Positions 12,361 through 25,359 of a DNA stretch of 64,000 nucleotides are shown one piece after another (the first letter of the stretch is position 1; every line of letters begins with the position of its first letter). Location: NCBI RefSeq assembly GCF_006345805.1, contig NC_043009.1, positions 68,324,001 through 68,388,000 on the forward strand, in the 5' to 3' direction. Below the pieces are notes generated by a model. It did not search any database. It had not been told where the DNA came from and saw only the letters and a list, made by a program, of their open reading frames with translations. The stretch comes from Octopus sinensis (Eukaryota). Position numbers and translations under genes: made by a program.

Positions 12361-12627
12361 ACAATTCTATATTTAAGAGATGAGGAATTATGTATATTAT
12401 TTACATTTTTTACATTTGACGGATATCTGTCCTCAACTTGTTTGTTGTTAACACAACGTTTCGGCTGAAATACTCTTGAGCCTTCATCAAGTGTCTTGGG
12501 GAAATTTCGAACCTGGGTTCTCATTCCTAAGGTACTTTTCGATGTTATTATTATTAAAGTCACTGCCTGGAATCGAACTCGGAATCTTGGGGTTTGTAGC
12601 CCGCGCGCTCAACCACTACGCCATATC
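12361..12627 (-). mobile_element. SINE family D full copy: tRNA head + (AAT)n + Penelope-type tail with hammerhead motif
   Basis: The minus strand reads GATATGGCGTAGTGG..GAGTTCGATTCC..(AAT)n..GACAC TTGATGA AGGCT..AGCC GAAACGTT GTGTT..CCTCATCTCTTAAATATAGAA. The tail is homologous to 58276-58445. Confidence 0.85.
12450..12495 (-). ncRNA. Minimal type-I hammerhead ribozyme motif, mutated (C3>U)
   Basis: GACAC-TTGATGA-A-GGCT/AGCC-GAAAC-GT-T-GTGTT; same architecture as the intact motif at 58352-58397. Confidence 0.6.
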
Positions 12628-12693
12628 AGCGGAAACGTTGTGTTAACAACAAACAAGATGACAAATATCCGCTAAATGTAAATAACGTAAATA
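12623..12693 (+). mobile_element. Inverted partial copy of the family D tail abutting the 5' end of the element
   Basis: ATATCAGCGGAAACGTTGTGTTAACAACAAACAAGATG..AAATGTAAATAA is the reverse complement of about 12395-12470. The 12-bp direct repeat ATTAAATTGAAT at 12349-12360 and 12694-12705 flanks the composite. Confidence 0.85.
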
Positions 12694-13196
12694 ATTAAAT
12701 TGAATGTTTAGCCAAAACCTTTTTAGTAGAAAAAATTAGAGTTTTCAACAAAGAGTCTGACATTGAAAATCGATGTTTCTGGTCAGTGGCCGTCAGCAGA
12801 CAGTCTGATGACGGTGGAAAAACCGAAACTTCGCAGTCAAGGTCCTTTCCCAGAAAGAATTAAGATATGCCTGTGATGGTTTTGAAAAATAATTGAATCA
12901 TTAAAAATAATTAAAATTTTGAAGTATCAAAATATAGGTAGCTAATCAATACAGTAGAAAAGTAATAATAAATAATAGATAAAATCTATCAAATTAGGAA
13001 GAGTTTCCAGTTCTGTTCGCCGGATCGTCGAAATGTTAAGATGTCAATTAGATCCTAATCACTTGTCTCTCATTAACACTGTCGATGTTAATGAGGATAT
13101 CAAGGCTAATTAGGCAATAAAAGCAAAGCCAAGTAAGTTGTTGAAAGACGGAGGGAGAGAGAGAGAAGGAAAATAGAGAGTGAGAAAGAGAGAGAG

Positions 13197-13239
<43 letters not shown>

Positions 13240-13311
13240 GAGAATGAACGAGAATCAGAAATGGCGAAATAGTAAAGAAAGCGTAAGAGAATGCTATACT
13301 GTATGTTAAGA

Positions 13312-13349
<38 letters not shown>

Positions 13350-13435
13350 TCTTTTAATCTTGTGTTGCTAAGCAGTTGAAATGGAACTAACGATTCTATT
13401 GAAAAAGGAGTTGCATTTCTTATTTATTTCGAGTT

Positions 13436-13743
13436 GGTGCGGGAGTGGCTGTGTGGTAAGTAGCTTGCTTACCAACCACATGGTTCTGGGTTCATTCCCG
13501 TGGCGTGGCAATTGGGAAAGTGTCTTCTACTATAGCCTCGGGGCAACCAAAGCCTTGTGATTGGATTTGGTAGACGGAAACTGAAAGAAGCCCGTCGTAT
13601 ATATGTATGCATGTGTGTCTGTGTTTGTGCCCCCAACATCGCTTAACAACCGATGCAGGTGTGTTTGCGTCCCCGTATCTTAGCAGTTCGGCAAAAGAGA
13701 CCGATACATTAAGTACTAAGGTTACAAAGAATAAGTCCTGGGG
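13436..13743 (+). mobile_element. SINE family A, 3'-truncated
   Basis: Head, core, short microsatellite and tail up to AATAAGTCCTGGG. Confidence 0.9.
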
Positions 13744-14299
13744 AATAGAGGGATAGAGAAAGTGAAAGAGAGAGAGAATCGTGGGTAATTATATCCCTCC
13801 CTTGCCACATTCACGGCGATGACGATCTGGTCCGGTTCGGTCCGATCCGATCTGATTGCTACTACACTGAGAAAACGAAACTTACCGTCTTTCGAGACGT
13901 AATCGGCTCGGCTCGGCTCTTATGTTTCCCTTAAAATAAATTATAGATATAAAGTATTAAAATAAACAGATATATAAAACCAGATTACGAAATAAATAAA
14001 TATCTTAGGCATAAAAAATGAGAATAGATGAGATATTAACGTGTTATAAACTTGAAACTTATTAGAACAAAACTTGCTATGTGTATGAATGTATGTATAA
14101 TACGAGAATTTTAATGGAGGTAAAACTCCACTATATAGTACAAATGTTTTTTTCGCCCCTATATGTGCTCCTGGGTAACATTATCATGCCAGAGACTTCT
14201 GAAAGTTGTGCAGGGTCTTCGGCTCGAATGTACGTCGGAACAGACTGGCCAGCTGATTATCGTCAAGACCTAGGGTTTCCCCTAAGATTTCGTCACATT

Positions 14300-15240
14300 T
14301 CGCCTCTGCAAGCCCTCTATAAAAAAAATGCGGTGGAACCCTCACCGCAGGCATTGCCCGAGCGACCGAATATCAGGAAAGTCTTATGACACTCCGTACA
14401 CCATGTACCCAACTTCGATCTTCGATGCAACCAGGTTTCCCGTCCACCAAAACTAGTGAACTTGGGAAACATCCGTTTCGCCAGCGGAGACCACACCCGT
14501 TCACCATCCAGGTAGAGCCACAGATACCTCAACCTCAGCGCATGTTTGCGCATCAACAGCTAAGGCATCCCCAGCCCACACTTTAACGGTTGTTGACAGC
14601 AAATAGAGCGTCTCAAAAGCGATTTCGAGCCTTTCCACAAAAAGGAGAAGAGCTGTCTTTCCAGCTTGATCAACCAAGGACAAGGAACGACGGTTAGGCG
14701 GTAGGCGATAACTGATGCGATGAACACATTGCTTCCTCAAACTCCTTAACTAAAACTGATTCCCTCCTAGTCTCACTAGCCACTAAACCTATACTATATC
14801 CAAAAGACTCAAATTTTATGGCTCGTTTGAGGGCATACCACCATTTATTAGTAATAATAAAACTACTTCTAGAGGGATGTCAGTTATTTTTATTTTGGAT
14901 GTTCTTCTTCCCATATATATGGCAAAAAGCACCACCTCCTCCGTTCTCAACGTTTCAGAGGAGTGCCGCTTGATCACCTCCCCTGATATGAATTTTACTT
15001 CCACCGTACCAAATCTTTTACTTCCCTTCATGAAAGTAATATCTGGCCATATCGGTCTTAGACATTTTCCCACAGTTTTCTCTTCCATTTTGTCGACCTT
15101 CTTTTTCGCCACGTTATACGGCACGTAACCTTTTTCATTTGTAAATTGCATCAATTCCCATAAATGCAACTGCACGCGTTTCACTAAGGAAATATGAAAC
15201 ATTCCACTGCTATGTCTAGCACGCGCTGCTACCACGCATT
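14300..15240 (-). mobile_element. Probable decayed non-LTR retrotransposon ORF1 (L1/Tx1-like gag)
   Basis: A 139-aa minus ORF (RFGTVEVKF..LFAIYMGRRTSKIKITDIPLEV) is followed by broken frames with a degenerate zinc-knuckle-like GKPGCIEDRSWVH. The family assignment comes from recalled similarity only. Confidence 0.4.
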
Positions 15241-16561
15241 AAAATTTACCAGTGTTTTTTTTTTTTACTTCTTCCTTAATGCAGGCCTACAGACCCACCA
15301 ACTTACCTATAACCATTCCTACACTCACATGCAGCATCAACGGCAGCTTCTGCCCCACGAGCACCACTAAACAAAGCGAAGCAATTCATCCAATTACTTT
15401 TTCATTAACCCTTTCCCCATCCAATCTATACAACAGAGCGGCCATGCATTGACAAACAACACCCGAAATTCATTTCCACACAAACCTCAACATACCCAAC
15501 GCAATTGAGACTTCCATGCCTTTCCTAAGATATTGTATGGGAATTTAAAAGGGATACAGCTATAACACAAGTTCGAAGCCTACAGGTGTGCTTCTCTCTA
15601 TAAGAGATTCTTGGATTCTAATTTACAGCATTCTTTAAGTAGAGGGGTCAGAAATCTCAGAAATCTCAGAGATCTCAGAAATTTCGTTGCCGTTTACTTT
15701 ATTTATTAATAAATCTATATTTATCGATTAGTTCTGATTAAATAGTCGATCGTTAATAAATACATAAAAGGGATAAGCAGAGCTCACAATAAATAATGCT
15801 TTTTAGCATCGGCACAAGACGACAGATTTGGAGAAGGAGATCTGTAGAAGATTAAATCGAACTGGTTCATGACCACTAATTATTCTATTGATTTCGGAAT
15901 GATGAACAGGAAAATAAACTTTTTGACGGATTTGAACTCAGATGATGTAGGGCCGCTATTAAATATGACGAAGTAGTTGTGTCCACTCACCCTATCCCCC
16001 CCACCACCTTTGTTACACTAAATAATAAATCTGCCAAGAAACAGGTCATATAATACACCTGTTTTCTGCCCAGTGAGCATCTGAGGCACAGATATTTAAT
16101 CTCCCGTTATCGATAATAGACTTTTATACATTCCATTCCAATTATGTAATCTATGCCTCATAATAAAACATAAATACTCCTTATTTTCTAAACTGAAGTA
16201 AAATATCAACATTTTGTCTATTTTTCAGGGCATTACCGGCATAATTAGAGAGTTGATTCCAACTGTTAATCGAAGTCAAATATTCGACCTATATCTGACT
16301 AGAATTTAAATTTCTTTCAAATTATTATCAATTTTGTGACTTGGAGTTTTCAGGTTTGAAAATATTCAAAAAATTCGCAGTATTCCTAAACTAAACTAAA
16401 GTATTTGAAGATTGCTCATTCCTTCTGATTAACATTTCATTTGAATTTATTTGATATAAACTAGAAATCTTTTTCTTTTTTTTTTTTGCTGGAAGATTTC
16501 ATATTATTAGCGTAATTCACAGAAACGTTCGTTGATTTGTTCCAATGTAAAATTAATTGGG

Positions 16562-16790
16562 AGTAAAGATTATTTGCCAAAAGAGCATAGAAATCTTTGT
16601 TTAGGACGAATTTAGCCCCAGAAGACATCGTCTCCAGCTGGCTGTACGACACGATCTGTGTCCTTATATTTTCGAACAAGGGAATATAAGGACCCAGATC
16701 GTGTCGTATAGCCAGCTGGAGACGATGTCTCCTGGGGCTAAATTACAGCAACATTCGTCCTAAACCAGGACTGTCGTGTTATATTGGCAA
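16562..16790. repeat. Long inverted repeat / hairpin
   Basis: 16611-16670 vs 16683-16742: 57/60 complementary with a 12-nt loop. Outer arms TTAGGACGAA/TTCGTCCTAA and GTAAAGATT.TTTGCCAA/TTGGCAAAAATCTTTAC. Confidence 0.9.
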
Positions 16791-18343
16791 AAATCTTTAC
16801 TACAAAGTACTGTTACTGAGTTATCTCACGTTGTGAGATTTAAAAACAGTAATTTTGTAAAATTAATTGTCTTAAACTGTTAAGAAGTATTTGTCTCTGC
16901 GTCGCACTCATTACGGTACCAGTAGCGGAGAACGAATACCGTTTTCGAGAAGATCAAATCTTGCTGACTTTTCAACAATTCGATGGAACATTTCTCGGTC
17001 AGTTTTGATAGCGTAGATCGAGAGTAAATATTTCACAGTCATCATCCTCTCATTCATTTTCAGGAATAATTTATCCAAGAGTATTTTATTGACTATAAAC
17101 TTCCTTTCTTATGCTATGATTCAAGAGGGGTTTCGGCTGCTTTTTTCGGACAGGTTCAGCAATCATATGATGGTTACCTTCTATTGCAGAAATCCGCCAA
17201 ATCAAAAGGTTATTATTTCTCTAAGATATGCCTCTTACGTATTTCAGGTGAAATTTATCTCTCAGGACTAACTGAATGAGCCACTGTGAGTCAACGAGTC
17301 ATTTACCATATCTACTTCGGTCTCCAACAATACTGCGGCGAATTATGTCATGTCGTGATATGGATTCGTAGACAAACGCGTGTTGATTGCTGTGTTTAAG
17401 GAGACGTCGTCCTAATTAAGGTTAATACTGCCTAATTAAGCCTTAACAACCTCATAAACCGAGCAGACTAATTAAGACCGAGTAAACTAATTAAGGAGTC
17501 GTTACTAATGTTGCTATTTTGTAGCTATTTTGACTGTTTCTCCAGAAATCAAGCATGATTGAACAGAACTAAAACTGAATGCTTTCACGTTCCTTATTTA
17601 TTTGAAAATAGTGTATGCAGGACCACATGCAATAAGACCTTCCTATTTGAAGACGGCTGGATACACTTTATAGGATATTCGGCTGCAGTTTCCAGTTAAG
17701 CAGGCGTCTGCACAGAGGCTGTCTCGTTGGTTGTAACAAGTGTTTCGGATTGGAAAACGTTGCTGCAATAATCTAGGATACGCGTCACCGGTTCTTCGAA
17801 ATAATTGTTCAAGCCAGACGTAACAGATTCAGCTCAAGATGGAAAAGAACTAAATTTAATACCGTAAGACAAGACATTTAGTCATCAGACGTTCGAATAT
17901 TTCTGCCAATTCACCAATTTAACACGTAATAAGAATCTCATTATGTGATTCACGTAATACTTCCTATCGGCAGAGAGAAAAGAAACGGCTGTCAATTGCT
18001 TGGTAGAGAAAATGGAGACGAAGCGATGCTTGTCATTGATAGATTTCGAATACCTTAGCAGCATGGTTCTAGCATGTTTGCATTTCATCGTAAAGAAATA
18101 TGAGATGCTTTGAAAGAACTGTGCAAAAGAGGGAGAGGGGGAAACACAGATCCGCAAATATCCGTTCAATGTTAAAGGAAATAATTCGGAAATTGTTCGC
18201 AATTCCAGCACAATAGAAATGGATCTGCGTTTTCCATCAATCTTATTACATTACAAACCATATTTCCTTTCTCGTTAATCTTCACATACTTACATGCATA
18301 CATTCATACGCACACAGGCTTATGTATATATATATGTATATAT

Positions 18344-18398
<55 letters not shown>

Positions 18399-18667
18399 TA
18401 ATGTGCATCTATATATGTATGAATGTACGTATCTGTGTGTGTGTGTGTGTGTGTGTAAGAAAGTGAGAGAGAGAAAGCGTGTGTGTGCGTGCGCGAACGT
18501 ATGTTTTGCCGTTGTCTAGCATCGTTATACGAAGCCAATCACTTGTGTAATACGATGTGATGTCACTATTCAACTTTTTGCTTGTTTAAAATAAATGTTA
18601 AATTCAACTCAAATGTATTATGTGCTCAATCAGTCAATGTCTGATTGTTTTATTGCCCATTGTACTA

Positions 18668-19023
18668 CTCTTTTACTTGTTTCAGTCATTTGACTGCGGC
18701 CATGCTGGAGCACCACCTTTTAGTACTTATTCTATCGGTCTCTTTTTGCCGAACCGCTAAGTGACGGGGACCTAAACACACCAGCATCGGTTGTCAAGCA
18801 ATGCTAGGGGGACAAACACAGACACACAAACACACACAGATATACATATATATACATATATACGACAGGCTTCTTTCAGTTTCCGTCTACCAAATCCACT
18901 CACAAGGCATTGGTCGGCCCGGGGCTATAGCAGAAGACACTTGCCCAAGATGCCACGCAGTGGGACTGAACCCGCAACCGTGTGGTTGGTTAGCAAGCTA
19001 CTTACCACACAGCCACTCCTGCA
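18668..19023 (-). mobile_element. SINE family A, near full length with an internal deletion in the tail
   Basis: Reverse-complement homology to 1046-1495 and 7630-7995. Confidence 0.9.
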
Positions 19024-19782
19024 TATAAAAACACATTAATATAAATGTGTATGTATATATATGCGTGTGTGTGTGTGTGTAAGTGTGAGTGCATAGTATG
19101 TATGTATATGAATATTTATTAAAATACAGTCACGCTTATATCAGCCGAAATTGCAAAGATAATCTGGAACTCGACCGAGGAAAGAAAACTCCGAATGACC
19201 CGTCCTTGCTTTTATTTGTCCCTTTTTTGTACCTAACTGTCTGGATGTTTTGTGTTCTTGTCCCATATTTTGTATTCCTTCATATCTATACGTGTGTGTG
19301 TGTTTGTGTATGTTTGTATACAGATATATATATATATATATATATATATGCTCACGCGCACACACTCACTGAGGGTTTAAAACTTCGCCTGGTGTCCATG
19401 CCGTATCGGAATTGATGCGATGGGCACGAAGCACATTCCTGGTGGCTGTTACCATAGTTCTGTGTGGTTCCACGCCTTGGGAAATCTGATGGAAGACATT
19501 TGGAGGCCAAACGAATGAACTGCACCTTTAACACAAAGGGACAGCGTGATCAATCATTGCGTCAAGTTAATTCTGAGCGAAGATTTGCTTAAGAGCACCA
19601 GAGTCTGCGGAATACTCAACCCACATGGATATAGTTTACTAAGTCAGCAGTTCAGATTTATCGATGAATTCCTGTACTTATGGTGAAGATGGACGGAATA
19701 ATTATTTGCTCTGTAATTCACGACTGGATTTCAGATCAATGATCAATGATCTCTCGAAACATGTACCAAAACAATAAGTGTG

Positions 19783-19843
<61 letters not shown>

Positions 19844-19976
19844 CGTGTGTGTGTTTGTTTGTTTGTTTGTGTGTGTGCGCGTGAGTATAAGTAGGCTTCA
19901 GCTGTGCGTGGTAACAACAGTATGTCGATGAAACTCCAGACCAGCACTTTGCTGCAGCAACTTAAATAACCATATA

Positions 19977-20025
<49 letters not shown>

Positions 20026-20294
20026 ACATAGATATAGATATATATATAGACCCATACACATACATTCACGCAACCACGAATACACATCAACATACGCATA
20101 CACATATATACATATATATATATATGTATATATATATATTTATATATATACACATATATTTACATACAAATATATATCACATATATATATAAACACACAC
20201 ACATTCACACAACCACAAATACACGTCAACATACGCATATACATACATATATATGTATATATTTATATATATATATTTATATATATTATATATG

Positions 20295-20328
<34 letters not shown>

Positions 20329-20464
20329 ATATGTATATATATATTTATATATATACACATATATTTACATACAAATATATATCACATATATATATAAACA
20401 CACACACATTCACACAACCACAAATACACGTCAACATACGCATATACATACATATATATGTATA

Positions 20465-20541
<77 letters not shown>

Positions 20542-20578
20542 TCTATATATATATATATAGTATATATATATATATATG

Positions 20579-20609
<31 letters not shown>

Positions 20610-22674
20610 ATATATATATATATAATATATATATATATATAGATATATATATATATATATATACATGCATGTACCCACATGCGTACTAGTGTCTGGTTGG
20701 ATATATAAATCCAGATTAATAAGTTGCAAACGCCAACTCGCTTACAGTTACAATGATTTATCGACTCCAGACAAATCTCGTATTAAAGCCGACAGCAGAT
20801 ATGTGTTCCGTGTGGCTGTTTTGTATGTTAATGTATCCATCTCTCTCTATCTTCTACTTTAGAGTGTATTTCTGCGTGCGTCAGTGTTTTCATAAACGCA
20901 CAAACAGAATCGCTAACCACCCAACATGTTGTTGGTGCCTGATTTTCAGTTCGGTTCTTTGAGAGATGTGAGTTCAATTTCTGCAAGCGTCCACTTTAGT
21001 TCTAATTCCAAAGTCGATAAAATAAGTTGAAATCAAGTATTAGAAGCGATCTTTACGTAATATATCATCGTCCAGAAAATATGGCCCAGTTTTTGTGTAA
21101 GTTGTAAATCACTATTAATAATAATAATACTAAAAATGAACTTGGAGAATTTATTAGCGTTAAACAAAATGTCACGGAGTACATCATTACGAAGTGATTA
21201 ATGTTCCGAGTTCAAAATCGCTTTAATATCGTCTTTACCTCTTCTTCTTGCAAGAAGAGGAGGCTGATAACATAAATATAAGCACAGCAGCGGATTCGAT
21301 GATAAAGATAAAGACTTACCCAAATATTTTGTAGTTTTTGACAATGTTTAGAAATCGTTATTTCTGGTGAGCAATACTTACAAGGATGGCGTGGATGGAA
21401 TGCATTATGATCATCCACAACAGGATCGATTAAGTACGGTTATTAGTTGCTTAGAAACAGCGGGAAGCTGGCCGAATCGTTACAATGTGTAAACCATTAC
21501 TGTCTGTTTAACTGAATCAAAAATTGAAATATACTTGACAAATAACTATGTCCCTCACGTTATATTCTACAAAATCTATTTTCGTCTACGAGCCAAAGAC
21601 GACATCTTTATGTTGACATTCGACCTTCCAAAAATAAGATTGAAATATCGAAATATCAGCTGATTCTCTTCAAAACGGACGGACAAGTTATATAACGTAT
21701 TCCAAGATAGACAGTTCTCAGGAAGAAAAAAAAATAGAATTTCTATGACTTGATGATTATAGGTCCTCTCAGTCAGAATTGACCGGGGGTTATACAGCAA
21801 CCGCTTTGTGAATTAAGTTTTCTGTTATCGATAATAATATTCCCTAATTTATCATTTGTATCTGATATTCCGTTCACATTCAGGCATTGATTACGTATTC
21901 AATGTGTTAGAAACACATACAAGAAATTTTCATATAGACACATAAAGGGCAGCACTGCCAGAATCGCTGTAGCAGCGTGGATAAAACGCCTGGCAGTATT
22001 TAATTAGAACTTATTCTGTAGAATATTGCGACATTGATTTCATTCGCATTCAATGCAATTCTAACTAAATGCGGAATATTTATTGAAGTAAATATTTTGT
22101 ATTGTGGTTATCGCAGTCGTTTGAGGATCTGCGGCATTGGAATTCATAAAGGACAACATAAGCATTCATTTCGGTAGTTTTATGCATGTGCAAACTGATT
22201 CCCGTGCAACACCACATGCACACACGAAGGAGAGCGAAGCTTGTAATCAATATCTTATTTAAATCACTTGCGTAATTAATAATTTCCAGTCTGTTCGTGC
22301 ATATTTATAATTTCCCATGTAAGTATGCAAATATATGTGTGTATGTGTGTCCGTATTTATATCTATATCTATTTATATGTATATCTATCGATATCTATAT
22401 ATATAGTTGTATATACATACATACATACATACATACATACATACATACAATACATACATACATACATATATATATATATGCATATATATATATTCATATA
22501 TATATATATTTCTATATACATTCATATATATGCATATATGTATGTATTACATATAAAACTTAGATAAAACTTAGATATGTTTCGACCAGAGATTGGTCCA
22601 GGCCATGTCTAACTTAATAGCACCACCTGAGCACCACCATATACATATATATACATATATATAATATATATATA

Positions 22675-22707
<33 letters not shown>

Positions 22708-22839
22708 CGTGCATGTGTGTGTGTCTGAGTGTGTGTACGTATGCATATATAATAGTAATTATGCAATATAACTATTATTCCATCAATTCACGAACAACTT
22801 TCGAAAAGACTGAAATTGACTAAAATCGGTGCATTATAG

Positions 22840-23427
22840 ATGTAGGGTCTATTTATATGTTATTTTATATGTAGGGTCTGTTTATATGTTATTTTATATG
22901 TAGGGTCTGTTTATATGTTATTTTATATGTAGGGTCTGTTTATATGTTATTTTATATGTAGGGTCTGTTTATATGTTATTTTATATGTAGGGTCTGTTTA
23001 TATGTTATTTTATATGTAGGTCTGTTTATATGTTATTTTATATGTTATTTTATATGTAGGGTCTGTTTATATGTTATTTTATATGTAGGGTCTGTTTATA
23101 TGTTATTTTATATGTAGGGTCTGTTTATATGTTATTTTATATGTAGGGTCTGTTTATATGTTATTTTATATGTAGGGTCTGTTTATATGTTATTTTATAT
23201 GTAGGGTCTGTTTATATGTTATTTATATGTAGGGTCTGTTTATATGTTATTTTATATGTAGGGTCTGTGTTTATATGTTATTTTATATGTAGGGTCTGTT
23301 TATATGTTATTTTATATGTAGGGTCTGTTTATATGTTATTTTATATGTAGGGTCTGTTTATATGTTATTTTATATGTAGGGTCTGTTTATATGTTATTTT
23401 ATATGTAGGGTCTGTTTATATGTTATT
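22840..23427. repeat. 29-bp minisatellite, about 20 copies (ATGTAGGGTCTGTTTATATGTTATTTTAT)
   Basis: Head-to-tail, near-identical units with occasional 1-2 bp indels and no spacers. Confidence 0.97.
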
Positions 23428-24459
23428 CATGAAATAACTTTCCAAAATGCTTTGTGTTTCCATACATTATTAAATGTTGTGAAAAAATCAGAATTAATAT
23501 ATTTTAGAATCTATAATTGTGTCAGAAAAATATGAGCCTCATAATTGTATCTTACGGGAATGAACACTTTCTGAAAACCAGAGAAAAATATGACTTAAGT
23601 GCACAGTAAAGTAAAACGGATAATGAGAAAAGACACAGAAGTAAAATTGGAAAGAAGCTGCTTAAAAAACAATATATTTCTCATCCAATCGAACAAAGTA
23701 ATGAAAATGTTAAGTTATTACGGCTTATGGTTGTTTGGTTAGCCCCCTGTTTGACATTAGTAAATAAGTCGGAAAATCCTTGTGGCAACGGAGAATCAAC
23801 GTCAAGAAAATAAATTATATTCTAATGTAAAGACAGGATTACTTGGGCGCGGGGTGGATATGTTCGACAACTGCTTAAAACACTGTTCATCATTAGGATT
23901 TGGTTTTCACTTATAGCGGACTTATAAAACATTAAGGGATATGAGTGATCTTGCAGCGTTCACAATCTCCTTGCAATACGTAATTAGTATAAGAAACACA
24001 AGGGAAGAGATTCAACTATAATCTAATCGCGATGAAATGTCGAAGCGAGTCAATCGAAAAGGCGATGCAGTTGTATGATTATTGTGGTGTTAGGATAAAA
24101 CAAAAGGGAAGACTCTCTCGTTAGATTAGTCACGATATAAGCAAGCGGTTGTTGGCACTAGAAGACGGAGATCATTCGAGTTTAACATAACAGAGTTTAA
24201 AATAGATATATTTAATGTCTTGTATGATCATCTTTTAGCAGGAAATTAAACTAACCGAGAGATTACGAAGAAAATTATAAAATAATCTTAAAAAATGTTT
24301 CACTTCTCGATCATCTAGAGTAGCAGTATCCAAACCATTTAGAAACAGAAACCAGTTTTATGCAGCACAATTTTTCCCCGACACAAGGGTATTATGTACG
24401 AAACAAAAGAGAACAAAATGCATAACTTAATTATTACATATATCCTTTTCTACTTTAGG

Positions 24460-24640
24460 CACAAAGCCTGAAACTATGGGCGAGAGGGCTAGTAGCTATG
24501 ATCGACTCCAGGGCACAACTGGCACTTAATTTATCGACCCCGAAAGGATAAAAGGCAAAGTCGACCTCGTTGGAATTTGAACTCAGAACTTCTAAGCATT
24601 TCGTCCAGCGTGCTTAACGTTTCTGCAAGCTCGCCGCCTT
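24460..24640 (-). mobile_element. SINE family B
   Basis: Reverse complement of GGCGAGCTTGCAGAAACG..GAGTTCAAATTCC..GTCGACTTTGCC. Confidence 0.85.
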
Positions 24641-25293
24641 TAATTATTACTTCAGCCTTAGCGAAGGCGGAGGTATTGTTTACAGTTGTGTTTGTTTGTT
24701 GCTGGATGGATTTGAATGAAACTATCAGGGATGTTGGGTCTCATGACAGGCACGAATTGATTAGATTTTAGGATCGATCCAGTACCGGACAAGGATTCTG
24801 GATTATTCTTCCTGTCTTTTTTTACTTAATTTTTGAGAGCAGTCGGGTTCATTCTTAGTATTCTCGTTTGTGAGAGCAGTCGAGTTTATTACAGATATTC
24901 CCATTTTAAAAATCATCTCTGGTTAATCGTTGAGAGGACGTTGGTGTTGCCCTGGCGGAGGCTTGCACTCTCTGAGTGCTCTTGTTATAGATATAATGCT
25001 TATATGTTATATATATAGAATTCATGTATAATTGAGATATATTATGCAGAAAGATTCTGCAGATTGCGATAGTCACTAAAATAGAAATAAAAGTTTAAAA
25101 TTCATTCTTTCTTGGCGGCCCTAAACTATCTGATCCACAGCCCGTGGGTTGGGGACGTCTGATCTAAAGTACAGAGTTAAAATATGATTGTGGCCCCAAT
25201 AAAAGTTATAAATACAAGTTATATCGTGGAACTGGAGTTAAGAAATTAGAAAAAACAATATAATTATACAATTCTCGCCGTGTTGTGTGTGTG

Positions 25294-25359
<66 letters not shown>

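Noticed and set aside
22565-22600. Minus-strand GACC..GGTC-GAAAC hammerhead half
   Set aside because: The CUGANGA strand is absent and there is no stem I, so it is too degenerate to call.
22840-23427. 29-bp repeat array as a CRISPR
   Set aside because: Units are contiguous with no unique spacers, the context is eukaryotic, and there are no cas genes.
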